Part shown: one piece after another, positions 62,721 through 64,000 of the stretch
Layout of the letters: every line of letters starts with the position of its first letter
Numbering within the stretch: position 1 is the stretch's first letter
DNA from: Octopus sinensis
Taxonomy: Eukaryota
Assembly (NCBI RefSeq): GCF_006345805.1
Contig: NC_043017.1
Location: forward strand, 12,896,001 to 12,960,000
DNA: 64,000 nt
Reading direction: 5' to 3'
The notes under the pieces: model-generated
Seen by the model: the letters and a program-made list of their open reading frames with translations, nothing else
What the model was told of the DNA's origin: nothing
Databases searched by the model: none
Position numbers and translations under genes: made by a program

Positions 62721-63033
62721 TTGTGAGTCTGTGTTTGTCCCCCTAGCATTGCTTGACAACCGATGCTGGTGTGTTTACGTCCCCGTCACTTAGCGGTTCG
62801 GCAAAAAGAGACTGGGCTTTTGTAAGCCCAGTACTTATTCTGTCGGTCTCTTTTAACGAACCGCTAAGTAACGGGGACATAAACACACCAGCATCGGTTG
62901 TCAAGCAATGCTAGGGGGACAAACACAGACACACAAACACACACACGCATATATGTGAACCATCAAATGAGGGTTCACACAGGTAAATAGAAATCAATGG
63001 GGTCTATCAGGGGGAAATGGTTGAGGATCACTG
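61635..63033 (+). mobile_element. hAT-type MITE carrying nested SINEs
   Basis: TIR CAGTGGCTCTCAACC / GGTTGAGGATCACTG (12 of 15 match); degenerate 8-bp flanks GCCTAACC / GGTTAATC. Confidence 0.6.
61939..62320 (-). mobile_element. SINE family B copy nested in the microsatellite of a family A SINE
   Basis: Splits the family A copy at 61765-62570; TSD-like GTATATATGT on both sides. Confidence 0.88.
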
Positions 63034-63164
63034 GGTTAATCTATGCTGTGGGGTAGGGATAGACATAAAAATTAATGAATGAACACACACACCATCTTCC
63101 TCTCACTACCACCATTGCCATCATCATCTTAATTATCGTCATACAAGTCTTTTTCTTTCTTTCT

Positions 63165-63363
63165 TTTTAACTTGTTTCAGTCATTTGACTGCGGCCATGC
63201 TGGAGCACCGCCTTTAGTCGAGCAAATCGACCCCAGGACTTATTCTTTGTAAGCCCAGTACTTATTCTATCAGTCTCTTTTTGCCGAACCGCTAAGTGAC
63301 GGGGGACCTAAACACACCAGCATCGGTTGTCAAACAATGCTAGGGGGACAAACACACACACAC

Positions 63364-63395
<32 letters not shown>

Positions 63396-63792
63396 GGCAG
63401 AAACGTTAGCACACCGGGTGAAATGCTTAGCGGTATTGCGTCTGTTCAAATTCCGCTGAGGTCGACTTTGCCTTTCATCCTTTCGGGGTCAATAAATTAA
63501 GTACCAGTTACGCACTGGGGTCGATGTAATTGACTTACTCCGTTTGTCTGTCCTTGTTTGTCCCCTCTATGTTTAGCCCCTTGTGGGCAATAAAGAATCA
63601 CATATATATATATATATACATATATACGACGGGCTTCTTTCAGTTTCCGTCTACCAAATCCACTCACAAGGCATTGGTCGGCCCGAGGCTATAGCAGAAG
63701 ACACTTGCCCAAGATGCCACGCAGTGGGACTGAACCCAAAACCATGTGGTTGATAAGAAGGCTATTTACTACTACACAGCCCCTCCTGTGCC
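63165..63792 (-). mobile_element. SINE family A copy interrupted by a family D SINE (63396-63597, plus)
   Basis: Two halves of the A consensus flank a D copy inserted in the microsatellite. Confidence 0.8.
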
Positions 63793-63861
63793 TAACAAGT
63801 GTTCAATAATTTTTTATAATAATAAGTAAATTTCTTTGTCTTATTTTTCTTTCGTTGCAAG

Positions 63862-64000
63862 GCCTTGCTTAACAGAAAATTAAAGGATGAGGAAAGCCAT
63901 CGGGAAGATTCTAAACTACTGTCATGCAGTGGTCCCTCGAAGCTGCCTCCTACGCACAAACTGTCGGAAAATATCCAGAAAGAGGAAGAGATCCCCAAGT
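63862..64000 (+). CDS. Probable downstream exon of the divergent gene (ALLNRKLKDEESHREDSKLLSCSGPSKLPPTHKLSENIQKEEEIPK...), truncated by the window end
   Basis: Long pyrimidine tract ttatttttctttcgttgcAAG|; 46 open codons; phase 0 matches the donor at 60190; composition is coding-like. AAG is a less common acceptor. Confidence 0.6.

Noticed and set aside
63792-63998. Minus-strand 68-aa ORF, and similarly the plus-strand ORF 17294-17587
   Set aside because: These are antisense shadows of coding exons on the opposite strand.

Overview
AT-rich, repeat-saturated metazoan genomic DNA, most likely an octopus (coleoid cephalopod). This is inferred from the recalled Octopus-type tRNA-derived SINE families, RTE 3' ends and dense (TA)n/(CA)n/(ATT)n microsatellites. 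The window holds one complete spliced gene on the minus strand: PSMD5 (26S proteasome non-ATPase regulatory subunit 5 / S5b), 8 coding exons from 59398 to 17185, all introns GT-AG with matching phases, 1521 nt = 506 aa + stop. A second, unidentified gene probably starts head-to-head on the plus strand (ATG 60122, next exon from 63862, running off the window). The rest is SINEs (at least 5 families), RTE/CR1/Tx1-like LINE ends, Penelope-like ends, mariner/Tc1, piggyBac-type and hAT-type MITEs, Helitrons, an 87-bp minisatellite and microsatellites. Most ORFs in the supplied track are repeat artefacts. The most unusual observations are: a 44-bp triplication of the PSMD5 exon-6 acceptor in which the two upstream AGs give an in-frame stop; a 112-bp direct repeat around one SINE; a ten-copy head-to-tail SINE train; a 196-bp near-perfect inverted repeat; and a TCTCGCGAGA palindrome abutting an E2F-type site in the bidirectional promoter. 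Splice coordinates were checked base by base. Repeat boundaries are approximate (about +/-10 bp), and family names come from memory, not a database search.
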